A DNA stretch of 64,000 bases from Anolis carolinensis (lineage: Eukaryota). The stretch spans positions 11,457,190 through 11,521,189 of the forward strand of contig NC_085846.1 of the NCBI RefSeq assembly GCF_035594765.1, read 5' to 3'. A model generated the notes under the pieces. The model made no database searches, had not been told where the DNA came from, and saw only the letters and a list, made by a program, of their open reading frames with translations. Below, piece after piece: positions 23,560 to 35,130 of this stretch (position 1 is the first letter of the stretch; the number at the start of each line of letters is the position of its first letter). The position numbers and the translations under genes were made by a program.

Positions 23560-26500
23560 TCAGTCAACGAAGGCCTTCTGGAATAGCCAAGTTTTCAGGC
23601 TCTTCCTGAAAGAAAGTAGGGTAGGGGCCTGCCTAATCTCCCTGGGGAGCGAGTTCCACAGCCGGGGGGCCACGGCGGAGAAGGCCCTCTCCCTCGTCCC
23701 CACCAACCGCAACTGCGAAGTTGGTGGAAGCGAGAGGAGGGCCTCCCCCGACGAGCGAAGAGGTCGTGCGGGTTCATAGGGGGAAATGCGGTCTCGAAGG
23801 TAGGTGGGTCCCAAACCGTTTAGGGCTTTGTAGGTGATAACCTGCACCTTGAATTGGGCTCGGAAAATAAATGGCAGCCAGTGGAGCTCTTTAAACAGCG
23901 GCGTTGAGCGCGCCCTGTAATCTGCCCCAGTTAGAAACCTGGCTGCCGATCGTTGTACTAGTTGTAGTTTCCGAGCCGTCTTCAAAGGCAGCCCCACGTA
24001 GAGCGCATTGCAGTAATCCAGTCTAGAGGTAACTAAGGCATGGACCACCATGGTCAGATCTGACTTCTCGAGGTATGGTCGCAGCTGGCGCACAAGTTTT
24101 AGTTGTGCAAAGGCCCTCCCAGCCACGGCCGACACCTGGGCCTCAAGTGTCAGCGCAGAGTCCAGGAGGACCCCCAAGCTGCGGACCTGCGCCTTCAGGG
24201 GGAGTACAACCCCGTCAAGCACAGGTTGCCACCCAATACCCCGATCAGACGTACGACTGACCTGGAGGACCTCTGTCTTGTCAGGATTGAGCTTCAGCTT
24301 GTTCGCCCTCATCCAGGCCAATACAGCGGCCAGACACTGGTCCAGTATCCGAGGGGCTTCCTTGGAATTAGGTGGAAAGGAGTAGTAGAGTTGGGTGTCA
24401 TCCGCGTAGAGATGGCATTGCACTCCAAAACTCTGGATGACCTCACCCAGCGGTTTCATGTAGATATTAAAAAGCATGGGGGACAAAATGGAACCTTGCG
24501 GGACCCCACAGGTCAAAGGCCAGGGGTCCGAGCAGGTGTCCCCCAGCTTCACCAACTGGGAACGGCCCTCTAGGAAGGACTGGAGCCACTGCAGAACAGT
24601 ACCCCCAAGGCCCATCCCGGAGAGACGTCCCAGAAGGATACCATGGTCGATGGTATCGAAAGCCGCTGAGATGTCCAAGAGAACCAGCAGGGTCACACCC
24701 CCCTGTCCAGCTCTCTGCGGAGGTCATCCACCAAGGCGACCAAAGCCGTCTCAGTACTGTAGCCAGGTCTGAAACCAGACTGTGATTGGTCCAGAAAATC
24801 CGTATCTTCCAAGAATCCCTGGAGCTGAGAGGCAACCACCCGCTCCAAGACCTTGCCCAAGAATGGAAGGTTAGAGATTGGTCTGTAGTTACTGAGGTTA
24901 GCCGGATCCAAGGAGGCTTTCTTCAAAACAGGCCTCACCACAGCTTGTTTTAGGCCAGATGGAAATATGCCCTGCTCCAAAGAGGCATTGATTATTCTCA
25001 CAAACCAATCAACTAGCCCTCCACTGGCTTGTTTTAAGAGCCAAGATGGGCAAGGGTCAAGGGCACAGGTGGTCGCCCTCACCGCTCCAAGAATCTTGTC
25101 CACATCATCAGGCTGCACAAGCCGAAACGAATCCCACAAGATCGAACAGACAGATGCCTCGGTTACCTCACCTGGCAATGCATCAGGGCCGGCGTCTAAG
25201 TCGGAACGAATCTGAGCGACTTTGTCTGCAAAATGGTGAGCGAACTCGCTACACCGAGTTGACGAGATGTCGGGTGCTCCCCCGACCTGAGGAGGGTGGA
25301 GGAGCTCCCCAACAACTCGAAACAACTCTGAAGATCTATTTGTTGCAGACGCGATGCGGGCAGTCGAGAAAACTTTCCTGGCTGCCTGCAATGCCGCGGA
25401 ATAGGCCCTAATAGCGGCTCTAGACCGTGCTCGGTCAGATACGTCACGAGTTGTCCGCCAGCGGCACTCTAGTCTCCTTCTTGCACGTTTCATCTCTGCC
25501 AGCTCCCCAGTAAACCAGGGAGCTGGGGCAACTCCACGCAGCGAGAGGGGACGCTCAGGAGCGATCGTGTCTATTGCCCTGGACAACTCGCCATTATAAC
25601 GAGTGACCAGGGCATTGACAGGATCGTCAGCTTCCATGGTAGACAGATCCCCAAGAGACCTCAGGAATCTCTCAGGATCCATAAGTCTCCTGGGGCGGAC
25701 CATCTTAATTGGTCCACCACCCCTGCGGAGGTTGGAAGAGACGGTTAGTCTTAAACTGATCAGATAGTGGTCGGACCATGACAATGGAAGAATAATTTGC
25801 TCTTCCACTCCGACCAAACCGTCGCCCGCAACAAAAACCAGGTCGAGTGTATGTCCAGCTTGATGAGTGGGACCCGATATTATTTGGGACAGACCCATGG
25901 TCGTCATGGCGGCCATGAATTCCTGAGCTGCACCTGTCAAGGTGGTCTCAGCGTGAATGTTGAAGTCGCCCAGCACCAACAGGCGCTGGGAACCCAACAC
26001 CACACTAGAAACCACCTCTGCTAGCTCAGGCAGGGAGACTGCTGTGTCGCGGGGTGGACGGTACACCAGCAGAATCCCCAAACTGTCCCGGGTACCCACC
26101 TTCAAGTGGAGACACTCAAACCCGACCGATTGCAAAGCCACGCATCTGACCAGGGCGATGGACTGCCTAAAGACCACCGCAACCCCACCTCCCCGCCCTC
26201 CTGGCCTGGCCTGCTGATGCACCCCGAAACCCGGAGGACAAAGCTGGGTAAGACTAACCCCACCCAGATCATCCAACCAGGTTTCGGTGATGCAGGCCAG
26301 ATCCGCATGTTCATCCATGATTAGATCCTGGATAATAGATGATTTACCTTTGACGGATCTGGCATTAAACAGCAGGACCTTCAGCCGGGAGGGGCTACCA
26401 TGGAGGCTACCACACCTATCCTTCTCCAGGGTCGCAAGAACCCTGTTGCGCTTCTCCCTGGAAATTCGTTGACAGCAATTCCCCCTCCTCCCCCACACGA

Positions 26501-26579
26501 CCTCGATGGAGCCACCCCCCGCCTGTTCCCCACCCTCCAAGGAGTCTGGCTCAATTGGAGCATCCTTAAGAGAATCTAG
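23560..26579 (-). CDS. L2 ORF2 (APE plus RT), split by a single 1-nt frameshift at about 24698-24703
   Basis: The frame is open from 26579, immediately after the ORF1 TGA, to 24693. RT continues in the adjacent frame (24696-23560). DRG-(S)-VTLLVLLD is broken inside a G6 run. Confidence 0.85.
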
Positions 26580-27578
26580 TCAGCTCCCTGGATCCAAAAG
26601 GTTACTAGACACACCATCTAACTTTACTTCAAAAGAAGGGGATAAATGGGGCCTACTGGAAAAACGTAGTGAGGTTGAAGAGGGTGAAAGTTGCTGGTCT
26701 GGTACGGAAAATGATTGGGCCAGAGTCTCTAATTGAGACTTTTCTAAAGGGGGGAGCCTATGCTGAGGACTACACATCCTATTATCTCTGGGCCTAACAG
26801 ATGGTTGAGTGTGTAAAGATAGGTTGGCCACCAAAGGGCGAATCACGGGGTCCACAAATACTCTTCTAATGGTAATGCCCCATGAGAGCAGCCGGAATCT
26901 AAGGGCCCATAATTCCTCTGTTATAGACTTATCCTCAAAAGTGAAGATAAGGCGTAAAGAGCGATCATGTGATTGGTAGCCCTTATGGAGCCAAGTGATC
27001 ATCTTTATCTTGACTGTCGTCAGGCTCCTTGAAAGAATTTGACCCAAGGACCTCTGGATCACTCTTTCCGAGGTCCATCTACCCCTGTTCAATATAGAGT
27101 CTTCAATTTGAAAAGCCAGCTGTTTCGTCTGTACAAGATGTTCATAGTAATCCTCTACGTATGGAGGAGAGAAATCCCCCTCCAACGGAGAATTAGTTAT
27201 CAGCTTCACCGCTGCCAAATCTAGATCCATACCTTCCCTCCTTTGAACAGTTTGACCAACAAACAAATCATTCCCTCCCTCAACCTCGTCATTTTCTAAT
27301 CTTAGCTCCTTACTACCCTTTTGGAGCCCAAGTTCTACCTCTCTCACCAAATCTGAAGGACAACTGGCCTCCTTTAGATCATAACCAGTATTATTATTAT
27401 CCTCCCCAGGAACATCCTGTAGTCTAGTGGTGTTTACCAGTAACAAAATTCCTTTGAGGAGATGATCTAATTTCTCATTCACTGTTACGAGCTGAGAGAG
27501 GACGAGGCTAAACGATCTACCCATGAGGTGGCATAACTGGGATAGATCGTGGTTCCCATGTGCATCTGTCTGACTCAT
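26580..27578 (-). CDS. L2 ORF1 (332 aa)
   Basis: ATG-initiated open frame directly upstream of the APE domain. N-terminal heptad-like segment and an RRM-like central region (inference). Confidence 0.65.
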   Translation of the reverse strand: MSQTDAHGNHDLSQLCHLMGRSFSLVLSQLVTVNEKLDHLLKGILLLVNTTRLQDVPGEDNNNTGYDLKEASCPSDLVREVELGLQKGSKELRLENDEVEGGNDLFVGQTVQRREGMDLDLAAVKLITNSPLEGDFSPPYVEDYYEHLVQTKQLAFQIEDSILNRGRWTSERVIQRSLGQILSRSLTTVKIKMITWLHKGYQSHDRSLRLIFTFEDKSITEELWALRFRLLSWGITIRRVFVDPVIRPLVANLSLHTQPSVRPRDNRMCSPQHRLPPLEKSQLETLAQSFSVPDQQLSPSSTSLRFSSRPHLSPSFEVKLDGVSSNLLDPGS

Positions 27579-27934
27579 TCTTTACTACAACTCTACTACT
27601 CTACTCTTCTAGCCAGACCCTCCTTCTTCTACACAACCCAGTCCTGAATAAAGGCACCAAGGCACTAATTACTCAGAGCAATTAAAACAATGTGAGTTAA
27701 GTATACTCAATTGACTCACACTGCTCAATTGACTCACACTGCTAAACAAAAATGGGGAGAAAGCCAAGTGGCGGCGACACATTAAATCTAATAAGGGACA
27801 CTCTTTAGACAAGTACAGCAATATCCATATGCGAATCTAAAAAACTCCAATGGGGAGCATTCAATCCGACGAAAGCTGTCCAAGCGGAGGTGGCAAGGCG
27901 ATGACTCCAGTGAAGGCAGCCTCCCGGTCCGATG

Positions 27935-28492
27935 GCTTCCTCCACTCTCTTTCTTTCCTCCTACCCCAGAGTAGCAGGGCCAGAAGTGGGCCAGCAGGAC
28001 TCCCTTCTCCTGTGCTGGCAGGCAGCAGATGGAAACAACAAGAAGTGTCCAGACGCAGATGTTTTTAAGGGCTTCTTCCACTCTCTCCCTTTCCTGCTTA
28101 CCCCGGAGTAGCAGGGCCAGAGTAGCAGGGCCAGAGGTGGGCCAGCAGGACTCCCTTCTCCTGTGCTGGCAGGCAGCAGATGGAAACAGCAAGAAGAGTC
28201 CAGAAGCAGGAGTTTTTAAGGGCTTCCTCCACTCTCTTCCTTTCCTCCTTACCCCAGAGTAGCAGGGCCAGAGTAGCAGGGCCAGAGGTGGGTCAGCAGG
28301 ACTCCCTTCTCCTGTGCTGGCAGGCAGCAGATGGAAACAGCAAGAAGAGTCCAGAAGCAGGAGTTTTTAAGGGCTTCCTCCACTCTCTTCCTTTCCTCCT
28401 TACCCCAGAGTAGCAGGGCCAGAGTAGCAGGGCCAGAGGTGGGTCAGCAGGACTCCCTTCTCCTGTGCTGGCAGGCAGCAGATGGAAACAGC
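27935..28492. repeat. 151-bp tandem repeat, about 3.7 copies, abutting the L2 5' UTR
   Basis: atggaaaca recurs at 28029, 28180, 28331 and 28482 (period 151). Internal gagtagcagggcca doublet. Confidence 0.9.
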
Positions 28493-28912
28493 CCATTTGT
28501 ACCTTGGCTGGAAAAGCCCATTTGTATAGGTGCCCATTTCCATCAGTGGCAGACAGAAACAGAAATGGGGCCATACGAATGGAACAAGCAGAAACAGTAA
28601 GTAATTTTATACAAATGCACAACCCTAATTTCTATTGCCCTTCTCCAGTGTGATCAGTTGGTGGCTCATTGAAAACGGAGATCATAGATGAACAGTGGGC
28701 AACCCAGTTTCATGCCACAGTAAAGTTAAATTAGTGCCGAATCTAGCCTCGTTATTTTAATAAAAGGGGTTCAGCACTGTAACAAGCACTTCACCCATCT
28801 CTAAACTTTCACATACTTTGAGTATGAAGAACAATTTTAATTTGTCAAAGTAATGGCATAGGAGAAAGATTTATTTTAGAGCAGTGAGGTCAGTCACTAT
28901 TACTATATAAAC

Positions 28913-29366
28913 CAGTGGTTCCCTACCTGTGGTCCATGGATCTCCAGTGGTCTGCAAGAACTAAAATATGGTCCACTCCCTCACCGTTACTACTACGGAT
29001 AATAACACAGCCTAACAAAAAAAAATTTTTTTTTCTTGGTATCTTCGTTTTCAGGCGTGTTCCTGGAGTTATTTGGGGTGCTGATTCAGAAAATTGCATT
29101 AGACAGACTACATCAGCTCTAGATTATTAAATATGGTTTTCTGTGGGCCAAGCAGATGGCAACTACAGGATGGCATATGTTCTGTATCAGAACCTTGAGC
29201 TGATGTGGTATAGCCAATGAGATTTTCTCAATCAGCACTCCAGATAACCAAACCGAATCTAAAGTTGACCAAAAAATGATTCATAACCCTTTTAGTACTA
29301 ATTTTGGAGAGTGGTTCCTGGTCAAAGTGGTCCCTGGTAAAAAAAAAAAATGATTGGGAACCACTG
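28913..29366. mobile_element. hAT non-autonomous element
   Basis: TIR CAGTGGTTCCC / GGGAACCACTG and 8-bp TSD atataaac. Confidence 0.88.
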
Positions 29367-29471
29367 ATATAAACAGTTGAGGGAGCTGGGCCAAAACTAT
29401 CAAAATGCATTTCTCTCTAGGAATCAATAAATCCTTCAGTGCAATTCTTCTGGTTTAAGTTGACTATAGAG

Positions 29472-29572
29472 CAGGCATGGGAAATCGTGGGCCCTCCAGA
29501 TGTTTTGGACTGTCAGAAATTGTGGGAGTTGAAGTCCAAAACACCTGGAGGGCCCAAGTTTGCCCATGCCTG
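29472..29572. mobile_element. hAT MITE (same family as 22169)
   Basis: TIR CAGGCATGGG / CCCATGCCTG and TSD ctatagag/gtatagag. Confidence 0.82.
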
Positions 29573-30959
29573 GTATAGAGTCACCTTAAAGGACTGAGAA
29601 ATTTCAAGAGAGGTGTCCAGTTTTTTCACTTTCATGGTGGTGCTGTGCCCCTAACTCCAGTTACAGTAGTCCTCAGTGGTAGATATATATATTAAAGTTA
29701 TCCAGTGTCTCATTCAGCCATGCAACTTATAAAAACAGCATAATCATTATCATTTGAAAGCATATCTAGACATATAGAACAGAAATAAAAATATTCATTA
29801 CTTAGCAATTTTACAAGAGTAACCTTATGCTCAATAAATCAGCACTAACATCTTTTATTTCCTTCTTACAGTCTGTTAGGGATATATAAAAGTTATGTTT
29901 ATATAGTGATGCTGTCTCTACATCTGCCTTCACTCATCTGTTTTAAATTATAATGTGTTGGAACAGGGCCAAGTCTCATGTTGATATATGATCAAACATC
30001 AAAAGATCCTCCCATCCATTCATATCACTGAAACCAATCTAAGCATTTGATATCGATCACGAAAAATACAATATTAAAGCATCAATAGAAATGTAGTTTT
30101 TTAAAAAAAAACAACAACAACAATGGTAGCAAACCTTTAACATAAAAGGAAAGGATCAATTGTTCTGGCATGAAACTGTAATTATTTAATCTTCCTTCCT
30201 TTGATCAGATGACATTGCATTCCTAACAGCCTAACATCAAGAGCTTGTATATGGGAACTATGTCCCTAAAGAAAAGAAAAAAATAGGGTTTAAAACCCTG
30301 AGTTTATTTGCACCAGGCAGTTTAGTCTGGTGCAAATGTGCCTCTGAGTAGACACAGATCTGTCACATATGTGTCAAATCTGAGAACATTGTTCACATGG
30401 ATAGGGTGCAAAGCTGACCCACAATCACAGCTCCATGCAATCTCTTGGCCATTGCAGATGCCTTTGCTGATTTTGGAATGAATATCAACATGAAAGAGAG
30501 GGTAATCCCATTCTGACATTGGCAGAAATGACCACACGGCCAGGAAGAAGAAGAGGAAATTGCCTGGTAATGCTGGCACCTCTGCCAACGTCAAAACAGG
30601 GCATCCTGATATCTGATAGAAGGAGGGATTGTCCCCAAACCTGTAGCCAAGGGGGTGGTTTAGGGGTTCAACCCTCCCACCCAGAAAATTTTCAGGGAAA
30701 AAAAACCCTGGTTTACACATGAATTTTAACTACTTAACTAAATCTCCATGCCAAGTCTATGAGAAGAAAAAAATAGAGTCCCTCCAGAAGTACAAGCACT
30801 ATTTCAACCAATTTTTGGTTACTCACACTATCATTACCTAACTTTCTACCAATTTACAGTGCAATAGCTGCAATAGCCAAGGCCGGACCAAGGTAATTTT
30901 CAAGTGTAGGCGAACAGAATTTTGCCCCCCCCCCCCCCAAACTAATCACTGAAAAATAA

Positions 30960-31360
30960 AAGCGTTGGATAAGCAAAAATGTTGGATAATAAGGAGGGGT
31001 TACGGAAAAGTCTATTAAACATCAAATTACATTATGATTTTCCAAATTAAGCACCAAAACATCATGTTGTACAACAAATCGTCAGAAAACGCAGTTCAAT
31101 ACACTGTAAGGTTATGTAGTAATTACTGTATTTATGAATTTAGCACCAATGTATTGAAAACATTGACTACAAAAACATTACTTTTTTAAAAAATTGACTA
31201 CAAGATAGAATTGCGTAAAATGAACTTATACTAACAACATTATTGGAAGTTAAATCTGTAAAAGGTTCAGTCCTTGCTGCCTAGAGAAACAGCTGTGGAT
31301 CCAGGCGGGAAGCAGACTACGCTGGATAATCCAGAAAGCTGGATAAGTGAGACTCTACTG
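30960..31360. mobile_element. Tigger-like MITE variant, left end missing
   Basis: Right TIR ataagtgagactctactg-TA. Internal sequence shared with 14136-14458. Confidence 0.7.
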
Positions 31361-31448
31361 TATATATACAGAGGATCCCTATATATGTATGGCTTCTTCC
31401 TTTCCCTGCAGTGGGAGGCGGGGAGGGCTCTTGTGACTCTGGGGTGGG

Positions 31449-31692
31449 GTGAGCTCCCGCTGTTAGCTCCAGCTTCTGCCAACCTAGCAGTTTGAAAACA
31501 TGCAAATGTGGGTAGATCAATAGGTACTGCTCCAGCTGGAAGGTAACAGAAATCCATGCAGTCAAGCTGGCCACATGACCTTGAAGGTGTCTATGGACAA
31601 GGCCGGCACTTTGGCTTAGAAATGGAGATGAGCACCAACCCCCAGATTTGGACATGACTGGACTCAATGTCAGGGGAAAACCTTTATCTTTA
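31449..31692 (+). mobile_element. Sauria SINE, 5'-truncated
   Basis: Body and aaacctttatcttta tail. Confidence 0.8.
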
Positions 31693-32576
31693 TGTAAAAT
31701 AAAAAAACATGGATGCAATGAAAGAAAACATGAAAAAGGTTAAAAGGAGCAGGAAGCTAAACTAGGGAAAGACAGAAGTTTGAGCAAAACTAGCTCAGCT
31801 TATTTTTTTTCCTATGGAAGGAAAAGCTAATTCAGTTTAAATTGTAAAATTAATCTGCAGAGTGAAAATATTTTGACACGTAAGAAGCAGGAATCTATTA
31901 ATCCACAGCGAGTTCAGTAAAATTAAAAATGGCGTAAGAGTTCTAGCTTGCAAAATGTTGGGTGGATGTTCCAATACCTAATAGCTTAATTGACCGCTAA
32001 GAGCATGTTTACAGTCAGTTGCAGTGATTCATAAGGGAGCATTTACCTTCCAGGACTCTGAAATAACTAACCCATTATCTTTCTTGAGCAATTTGGAAAT
32101 TGTTTTTGTTGTGTGCCTTCAAGTTGTTTCTGAATGATGGCAATCCTAAAATGAAATTATAGAGATGTTGTGGATTTCTTTTTGCAAGATTTGTTCAGAA
32201 AATGTTTGCCATGGCCTTGCTCTGAGGCTGAAATAGCATGACATGCCCAAGCTCACCCAATAGGTTTCATGGCCAAGCTGTTATTCAAACTCTGGTCTCC
32301 AGAGTCATAGTCCAGTGCTCAAACCAATATGTCACATTAGCTCAGTGCTGCAATGGTGTAGGTAATTTGGGATGTTGATTAAGAAATCTGAGAGACATTT
32401 ACAGGTTCTAGACTTAACACCCTTGGCATACCCATGGAGTTGTTCCTGGCAATATAATAATGATCAGAAAGCCAAGGAAGCAGCTGTTGAGCCATGCCTG
32501 ATCTTTAGTCCTTGTTACGTCGCCTTCTAAAATAAAATAAAATGGAGATTTCAGAGTCAAGGTCATATATAAAAAA

Positions 32577-33150
32577 CTAGCTTTGCCCGGCCACGCGTTG
32601 CTGTGGCTTATGGGAATCATTTGTTGGCCAGGTGGAATAGCAGTGAATAGCTTTCCAGCCTCAAAGCCTGGCCGTTTTCTGGAGTAGCCGGAGTAGCACC
32701 CTCAATCAAAGACCAGCTTTGAAACCTGGCTACTTCCTCAGTAGGGGAATCCTTGTTTGGCCAGCTTGAACTGCACTGAATAGTCTTGCAGCTTAAAGGC
32801 CTGACCGCTTTCTACATAGGGCATCCTTGCTAGGCCAGGTTCAATGGGACGGAGTAGCCTTGTGGCTTCAGAGCTTGGGAGTTTTCTATCTAGGGGAAAT
32901 CTTGGTTGGCCAGGTTGAATAGCACTGTATAGCCTTGAAGTGGGCGGAGCTTAGCCTTCTAACTGGCAGCAATTGGATAAAAACAATTATTCCTTTCCCT
33001 CTAATTAGGACTTTATTTTTCTTTTCTTTTTGTTGTATGAACGTAGAGGCATGGATGAGGGATTGTGCTGCCAAGTTTAGTGTTTCTGGGATGTGTAGTT
33101 TTGTTGTTTTGTCCTAGGCCGAAATTTCATTACCCTTTTATATATATAGA
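32577..33150 (-). mobile_element. Non-autonomous Helitron
   Basis: Minus strand reads A|TCTATATATAT...GCCACAGCAACGCGTGGCC...CTAG|T: 5' TC, subterminal hairpin, 3' CTAG, AT target, no TSD. Confidence 0.8.
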
Positions 33151-34540
33151 TAACAGGATAACAATGCCCATAAGACCAACTAACACAGAGAATATGTTCT
33201 AAGAAAAGGGGAAAAGGCTTCACAATCAACTCAGTGCTTACTTTATTAGATACAACAGAATTTAGTATTTTCATTCATTAAAGAGTGACAGGTTTAAGAT
33301 TCAAATGTATGTAATTCCTGGTTCAGTGAGAGCCATGCTTGGAAAGTCAGTGTAGTATAGAGGTTCAGATTTTATATGGAGGGGATCCAAGTTCAAGTCC
33401 CTATGGGCCCTTAGAATTCACTTGCTGATTCAATTTCTCTTTGTGATCTAAGATTAAGATTACTGCAAGGATAAAAATGGCAAGAAGTGAAATCATGCAC
33501 ACTACCTGAATGGCAGGATGTAAAATTAACTAATATAAAATTTTAAAATAGAAGCATATCTATTGCTGTGGCTATTCTTTACTACATAAAGATCCCTATC
33601 AAAAAGGTTAAATTCTTAATATTAAAAAAATGTAATGACCAATGTGGAGCCAGAATGGTGTGGAGTGGTACTCCAGGATACCAAAAGTGTGAATTCCCAT
33701 TCAGCCATGGAAACCAGGATATCATATAAAACAGCTTTGTATTTAAGCAAAACAATACATTTGAGAACCACATATGTGGGGCTGATCGGGGTAAATTGTA
33801 GGGGTGATAAGGAAATATGATGTATATATTCAGTTTTATCAGTGTCTTATTTTAACTTGCTACATTGAGTGTAATCAAATCTTATCAAATGTTGTTTGGT
33901 TTGGTATTGTGATATGGCCTAAGGGCTAATCAATAAATTGATTGAATGATTAATTTATTGATTGATTGATATCAGTGTGTGGATTTTGTCTTAGCGAAGG
34001 AAACCAAATGCATGACCTTAAGTGAGTCACAGTTTCTCAAACTCAGAAGAAAGCAATGGCCAACCTCTTAAGAATAGATCACCAAATACAAACCTAAAAG
34101 AAGGAGAAAAGAGAGAAGAAGTTTTCATTTTACCTTTTAAAACAATCAAAAATATTTTGGATACTTGCTAAAATCTGTTGTAAAGCAAGGAGTTATATTT
34201 GTGACAAACCAGAATGTCTGTTCTCACATTCTTTTGAGATGTGCCATTGGATGGACTGGGGCCTTCAGGCAAAGCAACGCACTGTGTCCTGCCTACGCAA
34301 CCAACCACTCATGGGGAAAAATGTAAATTATTGATAAAATATGTGAAATATGTCAGTTTCTTTTTCATCACTCCACTTTCTTGCTCTTCCTCTAACCCTT
34401 CATTCACCATGCAAATAGAATAGAACACAAACAGAGAAGCTCTGCTTCTAATAATGGAAATGCATAGTCAGGAGTTGTCCCTCACCATTAATTGCCTCCC
34501 ATGAATCCATTATAATATTCTGCTTCCATAACAATTAAAG

Positions 34541-35130
34541 CAATGGTTCCCAGCCTGTGGTCTATGGACCACCAGTGGTACCCAAGAATGAAAATATGGT
34601 CCACGGCCTCATCATTACTACACTGTTGCAACGAGAGTGACTGGTCTCGCCAAAACCTCTAATAGTGCTGATGCAATGGGGATGCCAGGAGGGGAGAGGC
34701 TGACTACCCACAAAAGTCACAACAAGCCTCCTGACTGCTGCTTCTCCTCCTCTTCCCTCCCCCTGAGCAGAGCCATTCCATGTTGTGCCTGGAAGCGGGG
34801 TACCTTGGTGCCTTATTTTTAAGGCCTGATCCTGGGTTTTTTGGGGGTACTGATTCAGAAAATTACATTGAATAGACCACATCATCTCTATATTATTAAA
34901 TATGGTTTTCTGTGGGCAAGCAGATGGCGACTACTGGATGGCATATGTTCTGTATCAGAAACTAGAGCTGATGTGGTCTATCCAATGCAGTTTTCTGAAT
35001 CAACATCCCAAATAACCAAACCAAATCTAAAGTTGAATAAAAACTGATTTGTAACCATTTTGGTACTAATGTTGGAGAGTGGTCCCTGGTCAAAGTGGTC
35101 CCTGGTCAAAAAAAAGGTTGGGAACCACTG
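34541..35130. mobile_element. hAT non-autonomous element (family of 28913)
   Basis: TIR CAATGGTTCCC / GGGAACCACTG and TSD aattaaag/atttaaag. Confidence 0.85.

Larger units (their letters stand above)
23182..27935 (-). mobile_element. Near full-length L2-clade LINE (ORF1, APE endonuclease, RT, 3' UTR, (ATT)n tail)
   Basis: APE motifs NARS, ITETW, YRPP, GDFN, HTLDL, SDH. RT motifs YRPISNLPFLGK, QSGFR, LLDISAAFDT, GVPQGSILSP, YADD and L2-typical SRLDYCN, LHWLP, APRLWNSLP. Microsatellite tail at 23182-23230. The 5' boundary is uncertain and may extend to about 28492. Confidence 0.9.

Noticed and set aside
24693-24703. Programmed ribosomal frameshift between the L2 APE and RT regions
   Set aside because: It falls inside the conserved RT N-terminal region and lacks a canonical X XXY YYZ slippery site with Y = A/U. 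A 1-nt deletion or sequencing error is simpler.
27935-28492. CRISPR-like array, or repeated ORFs (METARRVQ...)
   Set aside because: Eukaryotic DNA with head-to-tail near-identical units and no unique spacers. The ORFs are by-products of the repeat.
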